Notes under the pieces: generated by a model
The model's database searches: none
What the model saw: only the letters and a program-made list of their open reading frames with translations
Told to the model about the DNA's origin: nothing
In this document: one piece after another, positions 11,247 through 24,551 of the stretch
How the letters are laid out: each line of letters begins with the position of its first letter
How positions within the stretch are numbered: the stretch's first letter is position 1
NCBI RefSeq assembly: GCF_036365525.1
Contig: NC_090375.1
Location: 46,031,847-46,095,846, forward strand
Direction of reading: 5' to 3'
DNA from: Heterodontus francisci
Taxonomy: Eukaryota
Length of the DNA: 64,000 nt
Made by a program: the position numbers and the translations under genes

Positions 11247-13949
11247 AACACCACTTGCAGGAAGCACTGAGTGTGGCAAGGGCACAAAATGTACTCTGGT
11301 TGGGGGACCTCATTACAGCCTTGGTTCAAACATGGACAAAAGAGCTGAACTCAAGAGGTGAGGTGAGAGTGAATGCTCTTGACATCAAGGCAGCATTTGA
11401 CCGACTATGGCATCAAGGAGCCCTAGCAAAACTAAGGTCAATGGGAATCGGGGAAAACTCTCCGCTGGCTGGAGTCATACCGAGCGCAAAGGAAGATGGT
11501 TGTGGTTGTTGGAGGTCAATCAACTGAGCTCCAGGACATCACTGCAGGAGTTCCTCAGGGTAGTGTCCTAGGCCCAACCATCTTCAGCTGCTTCATCAAT
11601 GACCTTCCTTCAATCATAAGGTCAGAAGTGGGGATGTTTGTGGATGATTGCACAATGTTCAGCACCATTCATGACTCCTCAGATAATGAAGCAGTCCATG
11701 TAGAAATGCAGCAAGACCTGGACAATATCCAAGCTTGGGCTTATAAGTGGCAAGTAACATTTGTGCCACACAAGTGCCAGGCAATGACCATCTCCAACAA
11801 GAGAGAAACTAACCATCTCCCCTTGACATTCAACAGCATTACCATCGCTGAATCCCCCACTATCAACATCCTAGGGGCTACCATTGACCAAAAACTGAAC
11901 TGGAGTAGCCATATAAATACCGTGGCTACAAGAGCAGGTCAGAGGCTAGGAATCCTGAGGCGAGTAACTCATCTCCTGACTCCCTAAAGCCTGTCCACCA
12001 TCTACAAGGCACAAATCAGGAGTGTGATGGAATACTCTCCACTTGCCTGGATGGGTGCAGCTCCAACAACACTCAAGAATCTCGACACCATCCAGGACAA
12101 AGCAGTCCGCTTGATTGGCACCCCATCTACAAACATTCACTCCCTCCACCACCGACGCACAGTGGCAGCAGTGTGTACCATCGACAAGATGCACTGCAGC
12201 AATGCACCAAGACTCCTTAGACAGCACCTTCCAAACCCACGACCTCTACCAATTAGAAGGACAAGGGCAGCAAATTCATGGGAACACCACCATCTGCAAG
12301 TTCCCCACCAAGTCACACAGCATCCTGACTTGAAACTCTATTGCCGTTCCTTCACTGTCGCTGGATCAAAATCCTGGAAATCCCTTCCTAACAGCACTGT
12401 GGGTGTACCTACCCCAAATGGACTGCAGCGGTTCAAGAAGGCAGCTCACCACCACCTTCTCAAGGGCAATTAGGGATAGGCAATAAATGCTGGCCTGGCC
12501 AGCGTCGCCCACATCCCATGAATGAATTAAAAAATACATAATAAGTACTTACATTATGCAGCATCATATGATCCCTCTCAAGTTCACTAACACTGGTCAC
12601 TGCTGTAAGTATTTCCCATGTCTCCTGTGATTAGCAGCTTGCTAATAACATCTACATAGATCTAACACAGGACGCTCTGTGCTCTGAACTGGGTATTAGG
12701 GATAATTTTCAACTGACTGATTGGGCAGAGTGGAACGATTGACCAATACAGAACCTGCCCAATATTAATTTTTATATAAGCCCAGTTTTAAATTCACGAC
12801 GGATAAATTTTCCATCACTAGGCTGGGCTCACTCTCCTGACCTAACTTGACTGAATGACATGCTTGTGTTCCTTTTCCCCTTTCTCTCCTTATGTTCACA
12901 AGGAGTGGGAGAATTGTCTCCCCATTCAGGGAGTTGCCAATAGATCCATCAGTTAAACCAGCTACTATGAACCCCCCCTCCGCCCCCACAAAGGCCCCCC
13001 ACCACTACTTTTGGTGTGTGTGCCCATAGAGACCATCATTCTCAAAATTAATTGGACCATCTTGTCTACTGCGTGTAGGATGAATTAATTGTTTCTTCTG
13101 CTCTACATTTGAAGTGGTCTGTGAGCAGAAGCATTTCCCAGGTTGATCCATTTAGCTTTACCGTACATCTTTAACAAATAAGCTCTTCTCTGTCTAGGTG
13201 GCTGCAGGACAAAACTGTAAAGAGGATATTAAACCAACATCAAACCACTTTGATTTAAAACACACAACTTAAATGTAACTTATTTCCATTCAAATATAGG
13301 ACCCTGATGCCATCTTAACCAGGAAGCCAGTGGGGCGCCTACAGTGACTGCCCCAGCAACAAGAATCAGGTCAGACCAGTGAAGAGGCCTGTAAGGTAAG
13401 TTTAAAGTTTTCTTTCTGGGGTCTTGAGGAGCAAGAGTGCTCCTGCAACCTTCATAGGGGAAGTGTAGGCCTGCCCTGCCCAGACTTCCCTACTCTTCAC
13501 AAACCATTGAGAGCTCTGGTAGTCCCCATCCCAGTCTCTGCACTTACCATGGGCCCAGTGGGTGGCCTCTAACTGTCTGCTGATGGCCTGGCTCTTTTCG
13601 TCGGAAAGTCAGCCAGCAGTATTTTAATGAGACCCAGTCGGTAAAATCACCTTGGCCTCCTGCTGCTATCCCCAGACAGTTGGCTGCTCACAAGACTGCT
13701 TTCCTGCCCAGGAGTTAAAATTCCTACACGTGTCAGGTTTGAAGTTCTTGTTAATACTAGCAGGTGAGGTTACTTAAATAAAAGAGGGCTGTACCACAAA
13801 TCACATCAGTTCAGTAATAGTCACAAATAACAACATGCATTTCAACTGTGCTTCTCATATGCACTTTAAATGGGAGAAAGGAAAAGAGAGAACTAAGAAG
13901 TGTGAAAGGATGGTTTGCAGATAATTTTTTTTCAGAGGCTTTTGGAATC

Positions 13950-14340
13950 AGACAGGTTAGAGGGAGTTTCAGAGTGTTGGATGCAATGGATAAAATAGAG
14001 GCCCTGGAGGAACTGGAAGAAGTAACAGTGGGAAAAGGTTAAACTGTGTTGCAGGGACATACCGAAGGAGATTTGAAATTGGGTGGGAGAGGATAACTGT
14101 GATTGGATGGGGTGAGACCATGGAGGGATTTGAAAGAGAGGACAAGAATCTTAGAATCAATTTGCTAAAGCACAGGGAACTAGTGAAGCTTGGCAAAGAC
14201 TGAAGAGAGATGATGAGACTGTGTAATATTGTGCATGTGATGATGTAGCTGCAGCAGAGTTCTGAATTCATTGCAATTTGTTGAGGAGTGAAGGTCAGTG
14301 AGGAGAGCATTAGAGAGGTTGAAGTTGATAAAGCACAATT
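13950..14340 (-). mobile_element. Old L2-type LINE remnant
   Basis: GAGACCATGGAGGGATTTGAAAGAGAGGACAAGAATCTT is the reverse of the KILxLxFKSLH segment seen at 7450. Confidence 0.5.
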
Positions 14341-15351
14341 CTATCAGGCCAATAGGTAACATTTTAGAAATGATAGAACCATGTCATTGATCATTCCACA
14401 TGAACAACGGCCACTGGGTGAAGTACCACCAGGTACTGGCACCTGTGGAGCTGCAGCTCAGAAAAGAGTCAATGGCTTTATCATTGATCATCCTGGTGGA
14501 TTGTTGGGCTCCATCCTGCTTGGCTGCCATAAGAATGGTAGACAGGACTTCCCCTGAATTGGGCAATTATGTGATTCAACCCATTGGGATTCCTAGGGTC
14601 AGACTATCTAAATAAAGTTAATAGATGCTTGCAGCAGCATTTGTGCAGTTAAGACATGCACTAGGTTGGAAGGGTAAGTTGAAGTAAGACCCAGCATTGC
14701 TCAGCTGCTGAAGCCCAGTGCTGGCATATCTCACTATAGAGGAATGCAGGCGTTAGGAATTGACCATTTTCCAGGAAGGCCAGTTTCCTCACAGCAGCTG
14801 ATCAAAGCAGTATTTCCTTTTAAGTGTCATTGACCTCTAGAATAGATTATTCAAACACACAGTAAGTACTGATTCATTACAATCCTTCACTTGGGAGCTG
14901 GAGGAATCCCTGACATATAGTTATAGCAGCAGTGCTTGAGATGTAGTGCTGTAGAACCATCTCCCAACCTGCTTTGATATGGGTTACTGTGGGACATTGA
15001 GCAGGTGAGGATGCAGCAGCATTTCTTGGAGCTGCAGTGATTTCTTTTGTGGGTTAGAGAGGAATTTGAAATTTTTCACCAATTTCCTAATGCTTGCTTT
15101 GTATCTCAAAGGAGATTGCCATTACTGGGAAGGGAGTGGGTTGCTGGTGCATGAAAACTGCACTGCAACATGTCTTGATGGGATAAGCTGCATGGACCAA
15201 TTGTTTTTTTCCCCCCCTGTTCCTTTTGTATGTTCCTATGATATAGGGCAGAGAGTTGTTTTCTTTTTTATGCACCCTTTTTTTCTCTTGAAACAACTGA
15301 TTCCTTTCTGGGCTACAGCTCCACAGGTGTCAATACCTGGTGGAATCTCAT

Positions 15352-17072
15352 CCAAGTAGTCATTCATCATGTATTTACCAAGGAAGAAGATGCAACCCAG
15401 GCAATGGTGAAAGAGGAGGTAATTCAAACATTAGAAGGGTTTAAAATTGATAAGGAGAAGGATGTATTAGATAGGCTGTCTGTACTTAAAGCAGATAAAG
15501 CACCAGGACCCGATGAAATGCATCCAAGGATACTGAGGGAAGTGAGGTTGGAAATCGCAGATGCACTGGCCATAATTTTTCAGTCTTCCTTAGACTGCGG
15601 GGTGGTGCCAGAGGATTGCAGAATTGCAAACGTTACATCTTTATTCAAAAGTGGGTGTAAAGATAAGCCCAGCAACTACAGGTCAGTCAGTTTAACTTCA
15701 GTGGTGGGGAAACTTCTAGAAATAATAATTCGGGACAAAATTAATAGTCACATGGACAAATGCAGGTTAATTAAAGAAAGACAGCATGGATTTCTTACGG
15801 GAAAATCTTGTTTGACTGACTTGCTGGTGTTTTTTGAGGAGGTAACAGAGAGGGTTGATGAGGGCAATGTAGTTGATGTGGTGTACATGGACTTTCGAAA
15901 GGTGTTTGATACAGTGCCACACAACAAACTTGTGAGCAAAGTTATAGCACGTGGAATAAATGGGATGGTAGCAACATGAATACGGAATTGGATGAGGGAC
16001 AGGAAACAGAGAGTAGTGATTAGTGAATGTTTTTCAGGCTGGAGGAAGGTTTGTAGTGGAGTTCCCTAGGGGTCAGTGTTGGACCCTTGCTTTTCCTGAT
16101 ATATATATTAATGACCTAGACCTTGGTGTACAGGGCACAATTTCAAAGTTTGCAGATGATACGAAACTTGGAAGCATTGTGAACTGTGAGGAGGATAGTG
16201 TAGATCTCCAAAAGGATGTAGGCACCTTGATGGAATGGGCTGATAGGTGGCAGATGAAGTTCAATGCAGAGAAATGTGAAGTGATTCATTTTGGTAGGAA
16301 GAACATGGAAAGACAATATAAAATAAAAGATACAATTCTAAAGGGGGTGTAGGAGCAAAGAGACCTGTATGTATATGTGCATAAGTCATTGAAGGTGGCA
16401 GGACAGGTTGAGAGAGTGGTTAATAAAGCATACATAATCCTGGGCTTTATTAATAGGGGTATTGAGTACAACAGCAAGCAAGTTGTGTTGAATTTGTATA
16501 AGACACTAGTTCAGCCTCAGCTGGAATGTTGCATTCAGTTCTGGGCACTGCATTTTAGGAAAGATGTGAGGGGATTGGAGAGAATGCAGAAAAGATTCAC
16601 GAGAATGGTTCCAGGGATGAAGAACTTCAGTTATGAAGATTGATTGGAGAAGTTGGGACTGTTTTCCTTGGAGAAGTTAACGATGACAGGTGATTTGATA
16701 GATGTGTTCAAAATCATGAAGGGTCTGCACAGAGTAGATAGAGAGAAACTGTTCCCACTGGTGAAAGGATCGAGAATGAGAGGGCACAGATTTGGGTGTA
16801 ATGGGTAAGAGAAGCAAAAGCGACATGAGGAAAACCTTTTTCACACAGTTAAGTGGTTAAGCTCTGGAATGAGCTGCCAGAGAATGTGGTGAAGGCAGGT
16901 TCTATTGAAGCATTCAAAAGAGAATTAGACTGTTACATGAAAAGCAAGAATGTGCAGGGTTACGGGGAGAAAGCGGGGGAATGGCACTAAGTGAATTGCT
17001 CGTTCGGAGAGCTGGTGCAGACACGATGGACTGAATAGTCTCCTTCTGTGCTGTAACAATTCAGTGATTCTG
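15352..17072 (+). mobile_element. 5'-truncated CR1/HER1-type LINE (RT to 3' end, disrupted)
   Basis: [41 protein letters not shown]; tail CTGTAACAATTCAGTGATTCTG. Confidence 0.9.
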
Positions 17073-18714
17073 TTAGCAACCTATCCAACTATGCATCATC
17101 ATGGCTGAGCCTAATCTCACATGTCTTCACCACAGACTACAGCCATGTTTCTTCTTAGTACTTCCCTAGTGACAAGAATGCCAGGTAACAAAAAAATATG
17201 CTGATTTACTGCTGGAGGTCTGTTCTGATTTTCAGATAGACTTCGATTTAGGCGGTAGTGCTCTGCCAGAACGGGAGGAGGCCGAATTTAAAATATTCAA
17301 ACAAGGGTCAAATGACTGTTATCAAGATCCCAACATCATTTTCATGTCAATTAGCGCTGCCTCTGCTACTCCTTTAACCTACTCACAAACCATAAGTGGT
17401 ACAGGTTGGGATTTGGCCACAAGAGCACTGTTTCAACAGATCCTTAGTTGTAGTAAGCAATACACATTTTTTCTTCATGCTGTTGATAGCTTTGGGCCTT
17501 AAAGTTTTCCATAAGTTCATCTTCTTGCTGCTGTGTGAGTTTATAAAATTTCTTGGCCACAAAATTTGCTGCTCCATTTAACCACTGTTACTATTGGCTC
17601 TACCATTTAAGAGTTTTCCCAGACTGATTTCTTGCTCTCTCAAACAACACTACCTAACAAGTGGTGCAATTAGCACCAGCAGCTTTAAGTGAGTCCAGAT
17701 CACCAAAATTGATTGGGCCTCCAGCCAACATTATCAAGTGGGCATATCAGATGCCCCAAACAACATCCATCAGGACTGTGCTCTACACTGAAATTGACCC
17801 CACTTACTTTTGCAAAAGGGTCAGTGGATAGAGATCAAGACTGGGAACTATGATTGAACTTCCTCTTCCCCAAGCCACCGGTACTGAAGCCAATTGTGGC
17901 AGCTAACTCAGAACTGATTCAATTCTATTATAGCTCTGACACACACTGAATAAACTCACTGAGCCATCCGGAGAGCCTTCACTGGTCCTTGCCAATTAAA
18001 GATTGATGAAGCTATAGCCATATCTGCCTCATTTCTAAACGTTCTTGAGTTGCAAGCAAACACTATCACTGAATTTATTTTCCCCCCATGGGTGAGGTAA
18101 TCTCCAAACTTGGATCATGTTACCAGTTCTCCCATTTGAGACAGATGGTTCCAAATAGATCCTGGTTATTATCTGGGCCATAATTGCTGGCAATCAGGCA
18201 TTCACTTTCATGCTGTACTTATGTGCCTCTACCTGCCCTTTTACTATCTCTTTGACTATCCATTTAATATTGCTCATTAGAACAAAGTACCTAAAAGTGT
18301 ACATAAATTTATTAGAAATGTACATTTCTCATTATAGTCTATCAATACAGGTTGATGACATACAGCTTTATATATTTATTTTCTTTAAATAAGATTTTCA
18401 GACATCTCTCATACATTGTGAAAACGCTATCTTTTTGCCAGACTATTCTGATACAGCAGCTTTAATTTAATCTTTTTAATCCACTGTTTCCTCATACAAT
18501 CATTGCTTAATTAATAATATTCATTTAAATATATTTCTGATATTCTTATTTGCAATCCTTAAAATGTTTCTCTTAATTTACAAAACAACTTGAGGAGGGG
18601 GGAGAAGATTTGATTTGGGTGCAATGTCACAAAACCCATTCTTTATAATTGTATACTGTTTGTACCTCACAGGGGAAGCCTTCCCTCAGGTTAGTAAGAT
18701 AAAATTGGAAAGTC

Positions 18715-19930
18715 GAAACAAAGGAACAGGAGTAGACTATTCAGCCCCTTGCGCCTTTTCCGTCATTCAATTACATCATGGCTAATCTGTACCTCAACTC
18801 CACTTACTGTTCTATATCCCTTGACACTCATACCTAATAACAAAAATCTTAATCTGTAGAATTTCAATTGACCCAGCATCTACAGCCTTTTGTGGGCTGT
18901 GTGTTCTGGATTTCCACTCCTCTATGTGTGGAAAATGTGTCTCCTAATTTCAACCTTAAATGTCCAAGCTCTAACTTAAAGATTGCATACTCTTGTTCTG
19001 TACTTCCCACCAGAGGAAATAGTTGATCTGTATCTACCCTACCAAATTCCTTTATCATGTTAAACATCTCAATTAGAGATAAACTCAAGTTTATGCAACC
19101 TGTTCTTATAGTTTTATTTATTATAACCCAGTATCATTCTGGAGAATCTGAGGTGAGGTGCCCAAAACTGAACACTACTCCAGATAGGGAGTGATCAAGG
19201 CTCTATACAAGTGAAGCACATATTCCAACCCTCTTGAGATAAAGGCCAACATTCCATTAGCCTTTTTGATTCCTTTTGTACCTGTGCTGTAGCTTTTAAT
19301 TATATGTGCATTTGGACTAAAATCCCAATGTCTCTTTCAACTTCTTTCAACTTCATTCTTAGCTATTTGACATAACTCATGGAATGTGATGACCAGTTTT
19401 GATACCATATACCATACTTTACATTTCTCCATTTTAGATTTCAGCTGCCTTTGAACTGCCAAGTTTTATTCAACTCATTTTCCCGAAATTACTCCTCAGA
19501 TTCAATTCATAGTTTATTTTTTGTCAGGGTCTGACTTAATTTTTATTGAGTTTCTAAATTTGTCATTAATGTAATTAGAAAAAGGGGTCCTAACATGATT
19601 CTTGGAGTAGAACACACCCTCCACTCCATCTCCTGCTCATTTCTACGCCTCTGCCAATTTCTTATTTGTTCCCAATATTTACTTAGAATCATTCATGGTT
19701 TAAGCTTTCCCATCAGGTGCCTTTTGAATTCTTGGCACATCACGTTGTAAGGATTTCCAAAGTCCACTTGGGATGTTACCTCCTCAAAAAAAACAAGGAG
19801 GTTTCTTAGGGAAGCTTTAGGACCTCTGAATCCAAGTTGGGTACTGGGTTTGGTACCATATAGGACAATTGTCGTGCTTATTCCTAATAATGATCAATTC
19901 TATTGTTTTACCCTAGTAAAATTGCGATCA
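18715..19930 (-). mobile_element. Decayed CR1 3' end plus an older CR1 RT remnant
   Basis: Tail GAACAGGAGTAGACTATTCAGCCC; minus-strand LLVFFEEVTSQVD and QLGFR remnants near 19760-19850. Confidence 0.6.
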
Positions 19931-21732
19931 ATAGGGATCAAAGTGCTGGAGTCTAGCTTCACACAAAGGAAGTTGGTTGCGGTTGCCAGAGGTCAATCAC
20001 TGCAGTTCTAGAACATCGCTGCAGAAGGTCCTCAGGGAACTGCCTTCAGCCCAACCTTCATCCACTGCTTTATCAATGAACTTCCCTCCATCATAAGGTT
20101 AGGTTTGTGGCTGCTCACTGTTGACTCCAGTTTTGCTCGGGCTCCTTGATACCATAGTTGGTCAAATGCGGCCTTGATAACAATGGCAGACACTCTCACC
20201 TCAGCTCTGGAGTTCAGCTCTTTTGTCCATGTTTGGACCAAGGCAATAATACGGTCAGGAGCTGAGTGTCCCTGGCAGAACACAAACTGAGCATCAGTGA
20301 GCAGGTTTTTGCTAAGCAAGTGCTGCTTGATAGCATTGTCGACGACGCCTTCCATCACTTTGCTAATGATTGAGAGTAGACTGATAGGGCGGCAACTGGC
20401 TGGGTTGGTTTTGTCCTGCTTTTTGTGTACATGACATACCTGGGCAATTTTCCAGATTGCCGGGTAAATGCCAGTGTTGTAACTGTACTGGAACAGCTTT
20501 GCTAGGGACATGCCTAGTTCTGCAGCACAAATCTTCAGTACGACTGTTGGAATGTTGTCGGGGCCCATAGCCTTTGCAGTATCCAGTGCCTTCAGCCGTT
20601 TCTTGATAGCACGCAGAGTGAATCGGACTGGCTGGCGACTGGCATCTGTGATGCTGGGGACCTCAGGAGGAGGCTGTGATGGATCATCCACTTGACATTT
20701 CTGGCTGAAGATGGATGCAAGTGCTGCAGCCTTGGCTTTTGCACTGATGTGATCGGCTCCCCCAACATTGAGGATGGAATATTTGTAGAGCCACCTCCTC
20801 CAGTTAGTTGTTTACTTGTCCACCACCATTCATGACTGGATGTGTCAGGAATGCACAGCTTAGATCTGATCCATTTGGTTGTGGGATTGCTTAGCACTGT
20901 CTATCATGTGCTATTTTCACTGTTTGGCATGTAGGTAGTCCTGTGTTGTAGCTTCACCAGGCTGACACCTCATTTTTAGGTATGCCTGATGCTGCTCCTG
21001 GCATGCCCTCCTGCACTCTTCATTCAACCAGGGTTGGTCCCCTGGCTTGTTGATAATGGTAGAGTGGGGGATATGCCGGGCCATGAGGTTACAGATTGTG
21101 GTTGAGTAGAATTCTGCAGCTGCTGATGGCCCACAGTGCCTCATGGATGCCCAGTTTTGAGTTGCTAGATCTGTTCGAAATCTATCCCATTTAGCACGGT
21201 GGTAGTGCCACACAACATGCTGGACGGTATCCTCGATGTGAAGACGGGACTTTGTCTCCACAAGGACTGTGCAGTGGTCACTCCTACCAAAACTGTCAAG
21301 GACAGATGCATCCGCGACAGGTAGGTTGGTGAGGATGAGATCAAGTAGGTTTGTCCTTCTTGTTAATTTCCTCACCACCTGCCGCAGACTCATCTAGCAG
21401 CTATGTCCTTTAGGAACTCGGCCAGTAGTGGTGCTACCGAGCCACTCTTGGTGATGGACATTGAAGTCTCCCATCCAGAGTACATTTTATGCCCTTGCTA
21501 CCCTTGTGCTTCTTCCAATTGGTCTTCAACATGGAGAAGCACTGGTTCATCAGCCGAAAGTGGGGGTTGGTGGGGGGTGCGGGGAGCGGGGGTTAGTAAT
21601 CAGCAGGAGGTTTCCTTGCCCATGTTTGACCTGATGCCATGAGACTTCATGGGTTCGGAGTCAATGTTGAGGACTTCCAGGGCAACTCCCTCCCGACTGT
21701 ATACCACTGTGCTGCCAGTTCTGCTGGGTCTG

Positions 21733-23280
21733 AAATAGTAGATGCATTGGTGGTCATCTTCCAAGATTCTGGAACAGTTCCTACAGATTGGAGGGTAGCA
21801 AATGTATCCCCACTATTTAAAAAGGGAAGTAGAGAGAAAGCAGGGAATTATTGACCAGTCAGCCTGACGTCGGTAGTGGGGAAAATTCTAGAGTCCATTA
21901 TCAAAGATTTTATAGCAGAGCACTTGGACAACAGTGGTAGAATCGGGCAGAGTCAGCATGGAATTATGAAAGGGAAATCATGCTTGACAACTCTACTAGA
22001 ATTCTTCGAGGATGTAACTAGTACAGTTGATGAGGGGGAGCCAGTGGATGTGGTTTATTTGGACTTTCAGAAGGCTTTCGACAAAGTCCCACATAAGAGG
22101 TTAGCGTGTAAAATTAAAGTGCATGGGATTGGGGATAGTGTATTGCGATGGATAGAAAATTGGTTGGCAGACAGGAAACAAAGAGAAGGGATAAATGGGT
22201 CTTTTTCCAAATGGCAGACAGTGACTAGTGGGGTACTGCAGGGATCGGTGCTCGGACCCCAGCCATTCACAATATATATTAATGATTTAGATGAGGGAAC
22301 TAAATATAATATCTCCAAATTTGCAGATGACATAAAACTGGGTGGGAGGGTGAGTTGTGAGGAGGATGCAGAGAGGCTTCAGGGTGATTTGGACAAGTTG
22401 AGTGAGTGGGCTAGTGCATGGCAGATGCAGTATAATGTGGATAAATGTGAGGCTATCCACTTTGGTAGCATAAACAGGAAGGCAGATTATTATCTGAATG
22501 GCTATAAACTGAGAGAGGGAATATGCAACGAGACCTGGGTGTTTTCGTACACCAGTCGCTGAAGGTAAGCATGCAGGTGCAACAGTCGGTAAAAAAGGCA
22601 AATGATATGTTGGCCTTCATAGCAAGAGGATTCGAGTACAGGAGCAGGGATGTCTTGCTGCAATTATACAGGGCCTTGGCGAAGCCACACCTGGAACATT
22701 GTGTGCAGTCTCCTTATCTGAGGAAGGATGTTCTTGCTATAGAGGGAGTGCAGCGAAGGTTTGCCAGACTAATTCCTGGGATGGCAGGACTGACGTACGA
22801 GGAGAGATTGAGTTGGTTAGGATTATATTCGCTGGAGTTCAGAAGACGTGAGGGGGGATCTCATAGAAACCTATAAAATTCTAACAGGACTTGACAGGGT
22901 AGATGCATGAAGGATGTTCCCGATGGTGGGGGAGTCCAGAACCAGGGGTCATAGTCTAAGTAAATGGGGTAAACCTTTCAGGACTGAGATGAGGAGAAAT
23001 TTCTTTACCCAGAAAGTGGTATGTTGGCCTTCATAGTGAGAGGATTCGAGTAAAGGAGCAGGAGTGGATTTGCTACCACAGAAAGCAGTTGAGGCCAAAA
23101 CATTGTATGTTTTCAAGAAGGAGTTAGATATAGATCTCGCGTTTAAAGGCATCAAAGGATATGGGGCAAAAGCGGGAACAGGTTACTGAGTTGGATAATC
23201 AACCATGATCATAATGAAGGGCGGAGCAGGCTCGAAGGGCTGAATGGCCTACTCCTGCTCCTATTTTCTATGTTTCTATA
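21733..23280 (+). mobile_element. 5'-truncated CR1/HER1-type LINE
   Basis: YLDFQKAFDKVPH, QGSVLGP, SKFADD; tail CTATTTTCTATGTTTCTAT; 3-bp TSD CTG. Confidence 0.9.
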
Positions 23281-23554
23281 CTGTCCTGCTGGTGGGACAG
23301 GACATACCCAGGGATGGTCATGGTGGTGTCTGGGACATTGTCTGTAAGGTATGATTCTGTGAGCATGGCTATGTCAGGCTGGTCTGTGGGATAGCTCTCA
23401 CAATTTTTGGAACAAGCCCCTAGATGTTAGTAAGGAGGGCTTTGCAGGGTGAACAGGGCTGGGCTTGGCATTGTCCTTTCCAGTGCCTAGGTCGATGCTG
23501 GCTGGTCCGTCCGGTTTCATTCCTTTTTCTTACACCTTGTAGCTGTTTGTTAAT

Positions 23555-24158
23555 TCTTTCTTTTGGGCCTCCTTATCTCGAGAGACAATGGATACACGCC
23601 TGGAGGTGGTCAGTGGTTTGTGAAGCAGCACCTGGAGTGGCTATAAAGGCCAATTCTAGAGTGACAGGCCCTTCCACAGGTGCTGCAGAGAAATTTGTTT
23701 GTCGGGGCTGTTACACGGTTGGCTCTCCCCTTGCGCCTCTGTCTTTTTTCCTGCCAACTACTAAGTCTCTTCGACTCGCCACATTTTAGCCGTGTCTTTA
23801 TGGCTGCCCGCCAGCTCTGGCGAACGCTGGCAACTGACTCCCACGACTTGTGATCAATGTCACAGGATTTCATGTCGCGTTTGCAGACGTCTTTAAAGCG
23901 GAGACATGGACGGCCGGTGGGTCTGATACCAGTGGCGAGCTCGCTGTACAATGTGTCTTTGGGGATCCTGCCATCTTCCATGCGGCTCACATGGCCAAGC
24001 CATCTCAAGCGTCGCTGACTCAGTAGTGTGTACAAGCTGGGGGTGTTGGCCGCCTCGAGGACTTGTGTGTTGGAGATACGGTCCTGCCACCTGATGCCAA
24101 GTATTCTCCGGAGGCAGCGAAGATGGAATGAATTGAGACGTCGCTCTTGGCTGACATA
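23555..24158 (-). mobile_element. RTE-clade LINE 3' fragment (BovB/Expander-like C-terminus with C2H2-like motif)
   Basis: RRLRWLGHVSRMEDGRIPK...LYSEL...GRP...FKD...KRD...CSTCGRACHSRIGLYSH; 11-bp TSD TGTTTGTTAAT (23544-23554, 24159-24169). Confidence 0.85.
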
Positions 24159-24551
24159 TGTTTGTTAATACAACAGACTTAATCCAGTTCTTCACTCGAT
24201 ATGGATTATTTAATTGCGATTCAGTCGGATCACGGTTCCAATTTTATATCTAAAATTTTCCAGGAAGTTAGGAATAATTTGGGTATAACAGTTAAAGGCT
24301 TCAGCATAGCACCCACAGACACAGGGGGCTTTAGAAAGGTACCATCAGACCCTCAAAACGATGATCAGGACATACTGTCGTGAATATCCCTGTGATTGGG
24401 ATAAAGGGCTAGAATTTCTTTTGTTTGCCACTAGGATTCACCCAATGAGTCTACCGGCTTGACTCCTTTTGAATTAGTCTATGGAAATGAGGTAAGAGGT
24501 CCTCTAAAACAAAGCAAAGAAAAGTTTTTAGAACAGAGGGACAAATCTTCT

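Larger units (their letters stand above)
10084..12531 (+). mobile_element. Single-ORF APE-RT LINE (CR1-group, distinct from HER1) with a tRNA-derived 5' head; internally deleted and interrupted by an HE1 SINE
   Basis: A box TGGCGTAGTGG 10094-10104, B box GGTTCGAATCC 10158-10168; endonuclease LLTNIWGL...DIVILTES...RGGG; [25 protein letters not shown]; ends HHHLLKGN* plus CAATAAATGCTGGCC...CATGAATGAAT. Confidence 0.85.
20121..24176 (-). mobile_element. Second copy of the tRNA-headed LINE family (EN to mid-RT), interrupted by CR1 (21733-23280) and RTE (23555-24158)
   Basis: NLLDLILTN...SDH, KAMGPDNIP, RPISLLSIISKVME, ALVQTWTKELNSR; colinear with 10420-11440 and supplies the ~1.2 kb missing from that copy. 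Confidence 0.85.
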
